DNA from: Escherichia coli
Lineage (GTDB): Bacteria; Pseudomonadota; Gammaproteobacteria; Enterobacterales; Enterobacteriaceae
DNA length: 64,000 nucleotides
NCBI RefSeq assembly: GCF_013122565.1
Contig: NZ_CP053258.1
Reading direction: 5' to 3' (one strand)
Below, in pieces: positions 55,644 to 64,000 of this stretch. The position numbers and the translations under genes are program-made. The notes beneath the pieces were generated by a model, which was given only the letters and a program-made list of their open reading frames with translations, had not been told where the DNA came from and made no database searches. Numbering within the stretch: the first letter of the stretch is position 1; every line of letters starts with the position of its first letter.

Positions 55644-56285
55644 TTACCCCTGCGTCTCTTCCCAGTCTGCCAGCGTATATAGCGTTGCCCCAGCTGCTGA
55701 CATTTCCATAAACGCGTGCGCACTGTCCTGTGGCTGGATATTCACCCCACGACAGCCATCGATAATCACGTTTACCTTATAACCTAACTGTAACGCGTCC
55801 AGCACGGTAAACTTCACGCAATAGTCAGTCGCCAGGCCCATAACGATCAATTCATCGATTTCATGATCGCGTAACCAGTCATCAAGCGAGGTTTTCTGCC
55901 GACGGCCGTTATCAAAAAAGGCACTGTAACTGTCAACTAAAGGATTTTCGCCTTTATGGAACACCGCTGCGATCGCTTTTTGGTTCAGTAACGGATGTAA
56001 TTGTGCGCCTTCACTGTTCTGCACACAGTGATCTGGCCAGAAGGTTTGTGGCAAACCGTCGAGTTGGCCTGGCGTATAAGGCTCTACACCGTGCTGACTG
56101 GCAAAACTGCCGTGATTCGCCGGGTGCCAGTCCTGACTGGCGATAACCGCTTCACCGCGCGACTGGCACCAGTCAATCAGGCGGTTAGCGACATCCACCG
56201 TACTGTCACCTTCCGGCACGGCGAGCGCGCCACCAGCACAGAAATCATTTTGTAAATCGACCAGTAACAGGGCGCGAGGGGGCAT
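55644..56285 (-). CDS. pncA: Nicotinamidase/pyrazinamidase PncA
   Basis: ORF 55644-56303; start trimmed to MPPRALLLVDLQNDFCAGGAL (213 aa). Confidence 0.9.
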   Translation of the reverse strand: MPPRALLLVDLQNDFCAGGALAVPEGDSTVDVANRLIDWCQSRGEAVIASQDWHPANHGSFASQHGVEPYTPGQLDGLPQTFWPDHCVQNSEGAQLHPLLNQKAIAAVFHKGENPLVDSYSAFFDNGRRQKTSLDDWLRDHEIDELIVMGLATDYCVKFTVLDALQLGYKVNVIIDGCRGVNIQPQDSAHAFMEMSAAGATLYTLADWEETQG

Positions 56286-56295
56286 TGCAGTCTCC

Positions 56296-57312
56296 TTAAT
56301 CATCCGGCGTCAGTTCGCCGCGCAGGTTTTGGCTCATGGCCTTGCGAATGGTTTCAGTATCCAGTTCCTGGCTAAGCAGGTAATGCAGTTTGGTTAGCGT
56401 GGCTTCTACAGTCATATCTGCACCGCCAATTACGCCGGCATGGGCGAGGGCGTTACCGGTGGCATAACCACCCATGTTCACTTTACCGGACATACATTGT
56501 GTCAGGTTGACCACCACAATACCGCGATCGCTGGCTTCTTGTAATTCCTGCAGGAAGGCTTTGTTTTGTGGCGCATTACCCACGCCATAGGAGCGCAGAA
56601 TCAATGCTTTCACCGGTTGGCGCAGAAAATTGCGCACGACGTCAGCAGAAATCCCCGGATAAATCGTCACTACGCCAATTGGTTGCGGGGTGATTGGATG
56701 AACGATCAATTCCCCATCACCGTGCGGGGCGGGTGGCGTATTCAAACGACGAATATGGATACCTGCTTCCAGTAACGGAGGAAGGTTTGGAGAGGCAAAC
56801 GCATCAAAACCATCGGCATGGGCTTTGGTAGTGCGGTTGCCGCGATACAGTCGGTTATTAAAAAAGAGTGTTACTTCGTTGATCGGATAATTCGCCGCAA
56901 CGTACAACGCATTCAGCAGATTAATTTGTCCGTCAGAGCGTAGCTCAGCCAGCGGGATTTGTGACCCTGTCACAATGACCGGTTTACCGAGATTCTCGAG
57001 CATGAACGACAGCGCAGAGGCGGTATACGCCATCGTGTCGGTACCGTGTAGAATGACAAAACCATCATAGTCGTCATAGTGCGCTTTAATATCTTCAGCA
57101 ATATGCTGCCAGTCTTCCGGCGTCATATCTGAAGAATCCATCAGTGGCGTATATTCATGAATGGTGAAATCTGGCATCTCCGGGCGATGGAATTCCGGCA
57201 TCAGCGCCAGTTGGCGTTGTAGATGACCTGACACCGGTATATAACCCTGCTCGGAACGCTGCATCCCGATGGTCCCGCCCGTGTAGGCAACGTAAATTGA
57301 TTTCTTTTGCAT
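56296..57312 (-). CDS. ansA: Cytoplasmic L-asparaginase 1
   Basis: 338-aa ORF starting MQKKSIYVAYTGGTIGMQRSEQGY; 10 nt upstream of pncA. Confidence 0.95.
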   Translation of the reverse strand: MQKKSIYVAYTGGTIGMQRSEQGYIPVSGHLQRQLALMPEFHRPEMPDFTIHEYTPLMDSSDMTPEDWQHIAEDIKAHYDDYDGFVILHGTDTMAYTASALSFMLENLGKPVIVTGSQIPLAELRSDGQINLLNALYVAANYPINEVTLFFNNRLYRGNRTTKAHADGFDAFASPNLPPLLEAGIHIRRLNTPPAPHGDGELIVHPITPQPIGVVTIYPGISADVVRNFLRQPVKALILRSYGVGNAPQNKAFLQELQEASDRGIVVVNLTQCMSGKVNMGGYATGNALAHAGVIGGADMTVEATLTKLHYLLSQELDTETIRKAMSQNLRGELTPDD

Positions 57313-57443
57313 GATATTGATATGAATGATATCGAAAGAGCAAAAGTATATACGTGAGGGGCAGCGAGCGCACCTGGATACTCTGTGGATATGAGAAAAG
57401 TCCGGCAGGACGGAGGGATTAGTGTCCCGCCGGAGAAAAGTGG

Positions 57444-58166
57444 TTAATCCTGCAACGCATAGGTTACGGTCGTGACTACGCGTACCGTTTTATTAATCGC
57501 CGTAGGATCATCTTCATCACTGCCACTGGCAAAGATCTGGAATACGCCTTGTGAGGCATCGCTAATTGACCCCACCTGGCTACCTGAGTCCGTTGCAAAT
57601 TGTAGTGCGGCGTTGCGTGCATCTTTGGTGGCGGCAGCAATCATCTCAGCGCGCAGTGCGCCAATACCATTAAAGCGATAGGCGACTTTGCTCTCAGCGA
57701 TAGCGCCATCTGTAGCGACTTGCAGTTCGTTTAATTTCGCGACGACTTTTTCGACAGCAGCAACATTATGGGTTTTTATCGTCACTGACCCGTCTGCGTT
57801 ATAGCGTGGCATTGTGGGATCATCTTTCAGATAGAAGGAATCTGTTCGCTTGCTTGTCCATTGGCCCAGGATTATCTCTTTCTCGTTAATCCCCTGAGCA
57901 TTGAGTTCGGCAACAATTTTTTTCTGCGCGTCTTCCAGTTTCGGGAACAGTTCGCCGGGAACATTACCTTTAAAGTTAAGCGCAATTATTAATTCTGCCG
58001 TATCTGCGCGAACTTCTTTTTCAGAAAGCCCGCGCACATTGACATAACGGTTGTTGGTTTTTAAATGTTTAACACCATCGCCAACAAAATAACCACAGGC
58101 GCTAATCCCCAGTCCGAGGACGATAGCGGCAATTAAAGAGGGGGCCTTGTTCACTGATGACTCCAT
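57444..58166 (-). CDS. SIMPL-domain (DUF541) putative lipoprotein
   Basis: ORF 57444-58256; most plausible start is MESSVNKAPSLIAAIVLGLGISAC (signal-like hydrophobic stretch plus lipobox-like ISAC), giving 241 aa. SIMPL-like blocks: VRADTAELIIALNFKG, AQKKIVAELNAQGINEKEI, AATKDARNAALQFATDSGSQVGSI. Start codon lacks an obvious SD. Confidence 0.6.
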   Translation of the reverse strand: MESSVNKAPSLIAAIVLGLGISACGYFVGDGVKHLKTNNRYVNVRGLSEKEVRADTAELIIALNFKGNVPGELFPKLEDAQKKIVAELNAQGINEKEIILGQWTSKRTDSFYLKDDPTMPRYNADGSVTIKTHNVAAVEKVVAKLNELQVATDGAIAESKVAYRFNGIGALRAEMIAAATKDARNAALQFATDSGSQVGSISDASQGVFQIFASGSDEDDPTAINKTVRVVTTVTYALQD

Positions 58167-58269
58167 ATCAGATGCTAAATGAGCAAGGGAATGTAGTGGA
58201 GAGAGGGAGTGAAAGACAGTCCGATTCAGGAGTGTGGCCGACAGCATATCGGCCACATTTTTGCAGGAT

Positions 58270-60126
58270 TTAACGCACGTTGGCGCAGGTCAGGCAAAAC
58301 GCATAACGGTTTTGTGGGTCGTTAAACGCCGCCAGCTTGTCGCTTTCACTTTTAACGGTAGAGGCTACCGAGGCCAGCGGTGCAGGTAACATGGCCTGGA
58401 ACGCATCTGGCAACATTGCCCGGACAGAACCAGACATGTTGTCCATCACTTTGTCGAAGAAGGTCGGTTCATCAACGTAGTATTCCAGATGCCACTGTTT
58501 CACTTTTGCCAGCTCTGCTGCTTTGGCGACCGCATCATCGAAATCCCCGAGACTATCGACCAGCCCGTTAGCTTTTGCGTCCTGACCGGTCCAGACGTGG
58601 CCCTGGGCGATTTTATCAATCTGCTCCGGCGTCGAATGACGCGCATCAGCAACCAGCGTGATAAAGCGTTTATAGCCATTCTCAATGCTTAACTGCATCA
58701 TCTGCTGCGCTTCCGGCGGCAGTGCCCTGGTGATAGAAACATCCGCCAGCGGTGAAGTTGAGACACCATCAGTATGAACACCAATCGAATCCAGACTATT
58801 TTCTACGGTGGTGATCACGCCGAAGATACCGATAGAACCGGTCAGGGTGCTGGGGTTAGCCACAATGTAATTAGCTGGCGTGGAAATCCAGTAACCACCA
58901 GATGCCGCCATGCCGCCCATCGATACAACCACAGGCTTACCCGCAGCCCGGGCTGCTGCCAGTTCAGCGCGAATCACTTCAGACGCGGTAACGCTGCCGC
59001 CTGGGCTATTAACACGCAGAACAATCGCTTTCACTTTCGGGTCAAGGCGAGCGTCGCGGATTTGTGCCGCAGTGGTATCACCGCCAACATTCCCCTGAGT
59101 TTCCTCGCCATCCATAATTGCGCCATTAGCGAAGACGACACCGATGCTGTCACCGGTATCTGCTGGCGTTTTCAATGCGTAATCGTAATAACTGATGGCG
59201 CGATAATTTTTATCAGTCTTACTCCAGCCGAACTCTTTGGTCAGAGCTTTTTCGATTTCGGCACTCGATGCCAGTGCATCGACCAGCTTGTTTTCCAGCG
59301 CATATTTCGCGGTATCGCCACCGGTTTTGGTTAAACCTTCAAGCAACCCTTGCGCGCCAGGAAATACCTGCTGAGCAGGGATCTGCCGGTTAGCGGCAAC
59401 AGTATTCAGATAGTTTTGCCACAGCTCACCAATCCAGCGGCTGTCAGCTTCGCGGGCTGCCGGTGACATATCATCACGAATAAACGGTTCAACGGCAGAT
59501 TTATACGTACCCACGCGGAACACATGGGTGGAAACTTTCAGCTTATCCAGCAACGATTTGTAGTACAGACCGTTGGTGGCAAAGCCGTGTAGATCAACCA
59601 CGCCTTGCGGAGACAGCCAAATTTTATTGGCGAAACTGGCGAGATAATATTGCCCCTGGCTGTAGTTCTCGCCAACGGCATAAACCGGTTTCCCGCTGTC
59701 ACGAAACTCTTTCAGGGCTTTGCCGATGTACTGCATAGACGGCTGGTCGCCGCCTGCGAAGTTTTTCAGATCCATCACGATACCGGTGATATTGCGGTCG
59801 TCCTTCGCCTGGCGAATGGTGTTGACGATATCAAACAGTGAGTTTTCCTGCAGACGATCGGAACTGGCACCAAGTAGTTGGCGGCTTAATTTACTAAACC
59901 GCTGAGAACTGTCGGGTTTATCGACGATTACACCAGAAATGTCCAGCAGCAGTGCACCACGACTGGCCGTTTCTTTCGAATCACCACCACTGACCTGCAT
60001 CCAGATCCCCACACCAACCAGCACGAGAAAAATAAAGAACAGGTTAAGTACCATTTCACGGACGAAATTCAGCAGACGCCACGTCCATTTAAAAAATCCG
60101 GCAATAAATCGCCAAAGGGTTCGCAT
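58270..60126 (-). CDS. sppA: Signal peptide peptidase A (protease IV)
   Basis: ORF 58270-60270; start trimmed to [27 protein letters not shown] (618 aa); tandem S49 peptidase domains. Confidence 0.95.
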
Positions 60127-60286
60127 GTATTCTCCCAACTTAAGGTCACACCTGTCACAGGCGCAATAGATGTGGTTATCGTAATGACCCAACCGACACT
60201 TGTCAGCAGGAATTGCGGACTGTGCTGTAACAAAATCCACTCTCGTGTTAATTTTGTGAATAAATATCATGACAGGAGTTAATCAA

Positions 60287-60838
60287 ATGGATGCACTCGA
60301 ACTATTGATCAATCGCCGTAGCGCCTCCCGCCTGGCTGAACCCGCGCCAACGGGTGAACAACTGCAAAACATCCTGCGTGCGGGTATGCGCGCGCCGGAC
60401 CATAAGTCCATGCAACCGTGGCATTTTTTTGTGATTGAAGGGGAAGGACGCGAGCGTTTCAGCGCCGCACTGGAACAGGGGGCGATTGCTGCCGGTAGTG
60501 ATGACAAAGCTATCGACAAAGCCCGTAATGCGCCGTTCCGCGCACCGCTCATCATCACGGTGGTGGCGAAATGCGAAGAAAATCATAAAGTCCCGCGATG
60601 GGAACAGGAAATGTCTGCCGGATGCGCGGTCATGGCGATGCAAATGGCAGCCGTTGCCCAGGGGTTTGGCGGCATCTGGCGCAGTGGCGCATTAACTGAA
60701 AGCCCGGTAGTGCGTGAAGCATTCGGTTGCCGTGAGCAGGATAAAATTGTCGGTTTTCTCTACCTCGGTACGCCGCAGTTGAAAGCATCTACGTCGATAA
60801 ACGTCCCGGACCCGACGCCGTTTGTGACTTATTTCTGA
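60287..60838 (+). CDS. ydjA: Nitroreductase-family protein YdjA
   Basis: ORF 60269-60838; start trimmed to [25 protein letters not shown] (183 aa). Confidence 0.9.
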   Translation: MDALELLINRRSASRLAEPAPTGEQLQNILRAGMRAPDHKSMQPWHFFVIEGEGRERFSAALEQGAIAAGSDDKAIDKARNAPFRAPLIITVVAKCEENHKVPRWEQEMSAGCAVMAMQMAAVAQGFGGIWRSGALTESPVVREAFGCREQDKIVGFLYLGTPQLKASTSINVPDPTPFVTYF

Positions 60839-60954
60839 TAATTGTCGCGAAACTGTCTGGATTGTGAGCAAAGGCGCAGGAATTCAGACACTCTCACTTA
60901 TCACTTCACGGAATGAGGGTTACCATACCCGGATTGCATTGACAGGAGATGTCC

Positions 60955-61998
60955 ATGAGCGAGAACTCGATTCGTTTGACCCAATACAGCCACGGAGCTG
61001 GTTGCGGCTGTAAAATTTCCCCAAAAGTGTTGGAAACCATCCTGCACAGTGAGCAGGCGAAGTTTGTTGATCCGAATTTGCTTGTGGGTAATGAAACCCG
61101 CGACGATGCGGCGGTGTACGATCTGGGCAATGGCACCAGCGTTATCAGTACCACCGACTTCTTTATGCCGATCGTTGATAATCCTTTCGATTTTGGCCGC
61201 ATTGCGGCGACTAACGCCATCAGCGATATCTTCGCGATGGGGGGCAAACCGATTATGGCGATTGCGATCCTCGGCTGGCCGATTAACAAACTTTCCCCGG
61301 AAATTGCCCGCAAAGTAACCGAAGGTGGACGCTATGCATGCCGTCAGGCGGGTATTGCGCTGGCTGGCGGTCACTCCATCGATGCGCCGGAGCCGATTTT
61401 TGGTCTGGCGGTAACGGGGATCGTACCGACCGAGCGGGTGAAGAAAAACAGTACCGCACAAGCCGGATGCAAACTGTTCCTGACGAAACCGCTGGGGATC
61501 GGCGTTCTTACCACGGCTGAGAAAAAATCACTGTTGAAACCAGAACATCAGGGACTGGCGACGGAAGTGATGTGCCGGATGAACATCGCAGGCGCGTCCT
61601 TTGCCAACATTGAAGGCGTAAAAGCGATGACCGACGTAACGGGCTTTGGCCTGCTGGGCCATTTGAGCGAAATGTGTCAGGGCGCAGGTGTGCAGGCGCG
61701 CGTTGACTATGACGCGATCCCAAAATTGCCGGGGGTTGAAGAGTACATTAAGTTGGGCGCAGTGCCTGGCGGCACCGAACGTAACTTTGCCAGCTACGGT
61801 CATCTGATGGGTGAAATGCCGCGTGAAGTGCGCGATTTGCTGTGCGATCCGCAAACTTCTGGCGGTTTGCTGCTGGCGGTCATGCCGGAAGCAGAAAATG
61901 AGGTTAAAGCTACAGCCGCCGAGTTTGGCATTGAACTGACGGCGATTGGCGAACTGGTGCCAGCGCGCGGCGGTCGTGCCATGGTTGAGATCCGTTAA
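60955..61998 (+). CDS. selD: Selenide, water dikinase SelD
   Basis: ORF 60949-61998; start trimmed to [27 protein letters not shown] (347 aa). Confidence 0.95.
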   Translation: MSENSIRLTQYSHGAGCGCKISPKVLETILHSEQAKFVDPNLLVGNETRDDAAVYDLGNGTSVISTTDFFMPIVDNPFDFGRIAATNAISDIFAMGGKPIMAIAILGWPINKLSPEIARKVTEGGRYACRQAGIALAGGHSIDAPEPIFGLAVTGIVPTERVKKNSTAQAGCKLFLTKPLGIGVLTTAEKKSLLKPEHQGLATEVMCRMNIAGASFANIEGVKAMTDVTGFGLLGHLSEMCQGAGVQARVDYDAIPKLPGVEEYIKLGAVPGGTERNFASYGHLMGEMPREVRDLLCDPQTSGGLLLAVMPEAENEVKATAAEFGIELTAIGELVPARGGRAMVEIR

Positions 61999-62002
61999 TT
62001 CA

Positions 62003-63964
62003 ATGCGGTTGTTTATTGCCGAAAAACCGAGTCTGGCGCGTGCCATTGCTGATGTCCTGCCCAAACCGCACCGGAAAGGCGATGGCTTTATTGAGTGCGG
62101 TAATGGTCAGGTGGTGACCTGGTGTATCGGTCACCTGCTTGAGCAGGCGCAGCCAGACGCCTACGACAGCCGCTATGCGCGCTGGAATCTTGCGGATTTG
62201 CCGATTGTCCCGGAAAAGTGGCAATTACAGCCCCGACCCTCCGTGACCAAACAACTTAATGTCATCAAACGCTTTTTGCATGAAGCCAGCGAAATCGTTC
62301 ATGCCGGGGACCCGGATCGTGAAGGGCAATTGCTGGTGGATGAAGTGCTGGACTATCTGCAACTGGCACCGGAAAAGCGCCAGCAGGTGCAGCGTTGCTT
62401 GATAAACGACCTGAACCCGCAGGCGGTTGAGCGGGCGATCGACCGTCTTCGTTCCAACAGTGAGTTTGTACCGCTGTGCGTTTCTGCGCTGGCGCGAGCG
62501 CGTGCCGACTGGCTGTACGGCATCAATATGACCCGTGCGTATACCATTCTCGGTCGCAATGCCGGTTATCAGGGCGTACTTTCCGTGGGACGCGTGCAGA
62601 CACCCGTGCTCGGGCTGGTGGTGCGCCGCGATGAAGAGATTGAAAACTTCGTGGCGAAAGACTTCTTTGAAGTCAAAGCACATATCGTGACACCTGCCGA
62701 TGAGCGGTTTACCGCTATCTGGCAACCGAGCGAAGCGTGTGAACCGTACCAGGATGAAGAAGGGCGCTTGTTACATCGTCCACTGGCGGAGCATGTGGTT
62801 AACCGCATTAGTGGTCAACCGGCTATTGTCACCAGCTATAACGATAAACGGGAATCAGAATCCGCGCCGCTGCCTTTTTCGCTTTCGGCGTTGCAGATTG
62901 AAGCGGCAAAACGCTTTGGTCTGAGCGCGCAGAACGTGCTTGATATCTGCCAGAAGCTGTACGAAACGCACAAGCTAATCACTTATCCGCGTTCCGATTG
63001 TCGCTATTTGCCAGAAGAACATTTTGCCGGACGCCACGCGGTGATGAATGCCATCAGCGTTCATGCACCGGGCTTGTTACCGCAGCCGGTGGTAGATCCG
63101 AATATGCGCAACCGCTGTTGGGATGACAAAAAGGTCGATGCGCACCACGCCATCATCCCGACCGCACGGAGTTCTGCGATCAACCTGACGGAGAACGAAG
63201 CGAAGGTCTATAACCTGATTGCCCGTCAGTACTTGATGCAGTTCTGCCCGGATGCGGTCTTCCGCAAGTGTGTTATCGAACTGGACATTGCCAAAGGCAA
63301 ATTTGTCGCTAAAGCCCGTTTTCTTGCTGAAGCAGGCTGGCGCACGCTGTTAGGCAGCAAAGAGCGCGATGAAGAAAACGACGGCACGCCATTGCCTGTG
63401 GTGGCGAAAGGCGATGAGTTGCTGTGTGAAAAAGGTGAAGTGGTAGAGCGGCAAACCCAGCCGCCGCGCCATTTTACCGATGCAACACTGCTTTCGGCGA
63501 TGACCGGGATCGCGCGCTTTGTACAGGACAAAGATCTGAAAAAGATCCTCCGTGCTACCGATGGTCTGGGGACAGAAGCAACGCGTGCCGGGATTATTGA
63601 ACTGCTGTTCAAGCGTGGCTTCCTGACCAAAAAAGGGCGCTATATCCACTCTACCGACGCCGGAAAAGCGTTATTCCATTCGCTGCCGGAGATGGCGACG
63701 CGACCGGACATGACCGCTCACTGGGAATCGGTGCTGACGCAAATCAGCGAAAAGCAGTGTCGCTACCAGGACTTTATGCAGCCGCTGGTGGGGACGCTAT
63801 ATCAGCTTATTGATCAAGCCAAACGTACTCCGGTGCGGCAGTTTCGCGGCATTGTGGCTCCGGGCAGTGGTGGCAGTGCTGATAAGAAAAAGGCTGCAAC
63901 GCGTAAACGTAGTGCGAAAAAAAGTCCGCCAGCAGATGAAGCCGGAAGCGGGGCGATAGCGTAA
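62003..63964 (+). CDS. topB: DNA topoisomerase III
   Basis: ORF 61946-63964; start trimmed to [29 protein letters not shown] (653 aa); TOPRIM plus topo IA domains, basic C-tail; starts 4 nt after selD. Confidence 0.95.
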   Translation: MRLFIAEKPSLARAIADVLPKPHRKGDGFIECGNGQVVTWCIGHLLEQAQPDAYDSRYARWNLADLPIVPEKWQLQPRPSVTKQLNVIKRFLHEASEIVHAGDPDREGQLLVDEVLDYLQLAPEKRQQVQRCLINDLNPQAVERAIDRLRSNSEFVPLCVSALARARADWLYGINMTRAYTILGRNAGYQGVLSVGRVQTPVLGLVVRRDEEIENFVAKDFFEVKAHIVTPADERFTAIWQPSEACEPYQDEEGRLLHRPLAEHVVNRISGQPAIVTSYNDKRESESAPLPFSLSALQIEAAKRFGLSAQNVLDICQKLYETHKLITYPRSDCRYLPEEHFAGRHAVMNAISVHAPGLLPQPVVDPNMRNRCWDDKKVDAHHAIIPTARSSAINLTENEAKVYNLIARQYLMQFCPDAVFRKCVIELDIAKGKFVAKARFLAEAGWRTLLGSKERDEENDGTPLPVVAKGDELLCEKGEVVERQTQPPRHFTDATLLSAMTGIARFVQDKDLKKILRATDGLGTEATRAGIIELLFKRGFLTKKGRYIHSTDAGKALFHSLPEMATRPDMTAHWESVLTQISEKQCRYQDFMQPLVGTLYQLIDQAKRTPVRQFRGIVAPGSGGSADKKKAATRKRSAKKSPPADEAGSGAIA

Positions 63965-64000
63965 GCAAGCGAATCTTTCGTGCTATTCGAGTCATATTCT

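Noticed and set aside
55484-55711. 75-aa plus-strand ORF in the pncA-yeaC spacer
   Set aside because: Runs into the pncA 3' end on the opposite strand and consists mostly of inverted-repeat sequence; more likely repeat structure than a gene.
61528-62064. 178-aa minus-strand ORF across selD 3' end and topB start
   Set aside because: Antisense to two well-supported genes; no SD.

Overview
This window is an Escherichia coli-type core chromosomal segment, syntenic with the K-12 rsmF-letBA-proQ-prc-htpX ... manXYZ ... fadD-rnd ... gapA ... sppA-ydjA-selD-topB region but in reverse orientation. Gene identities were assigned by reading the six-frame translations and matching them to remembered E. 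coli proteins; no database search was run. About 75 protein-coding genes are supported, including six small proteins (under 60 aa) absent from the ORF track: mgrB, yobF, yoaH, yoaJ, yoaK and yoaI. I found no tRNA, rRNA, CRISPR array, IS element, integrase or phage gene, and no obvious novel multi-gene system. The most notable observations are three apparent differences from the K-12 arrangement as I recall it: (1) yeaV-yeaW and the 5' part of yeaX are missing between dmlA and rnd, leaving a 3' yeaX fragment that starts inside a 46-bp palindrome; (2) the ydjE-ydjL cluster is missing between pncA and yeaC; (3) an extra gene for a SIMPL-domain putative lipoprotein lies between ansA and sppA. Regulatory calls include the mntP manganese riboswitch with a leader uORF and a LexA box at yoaA.
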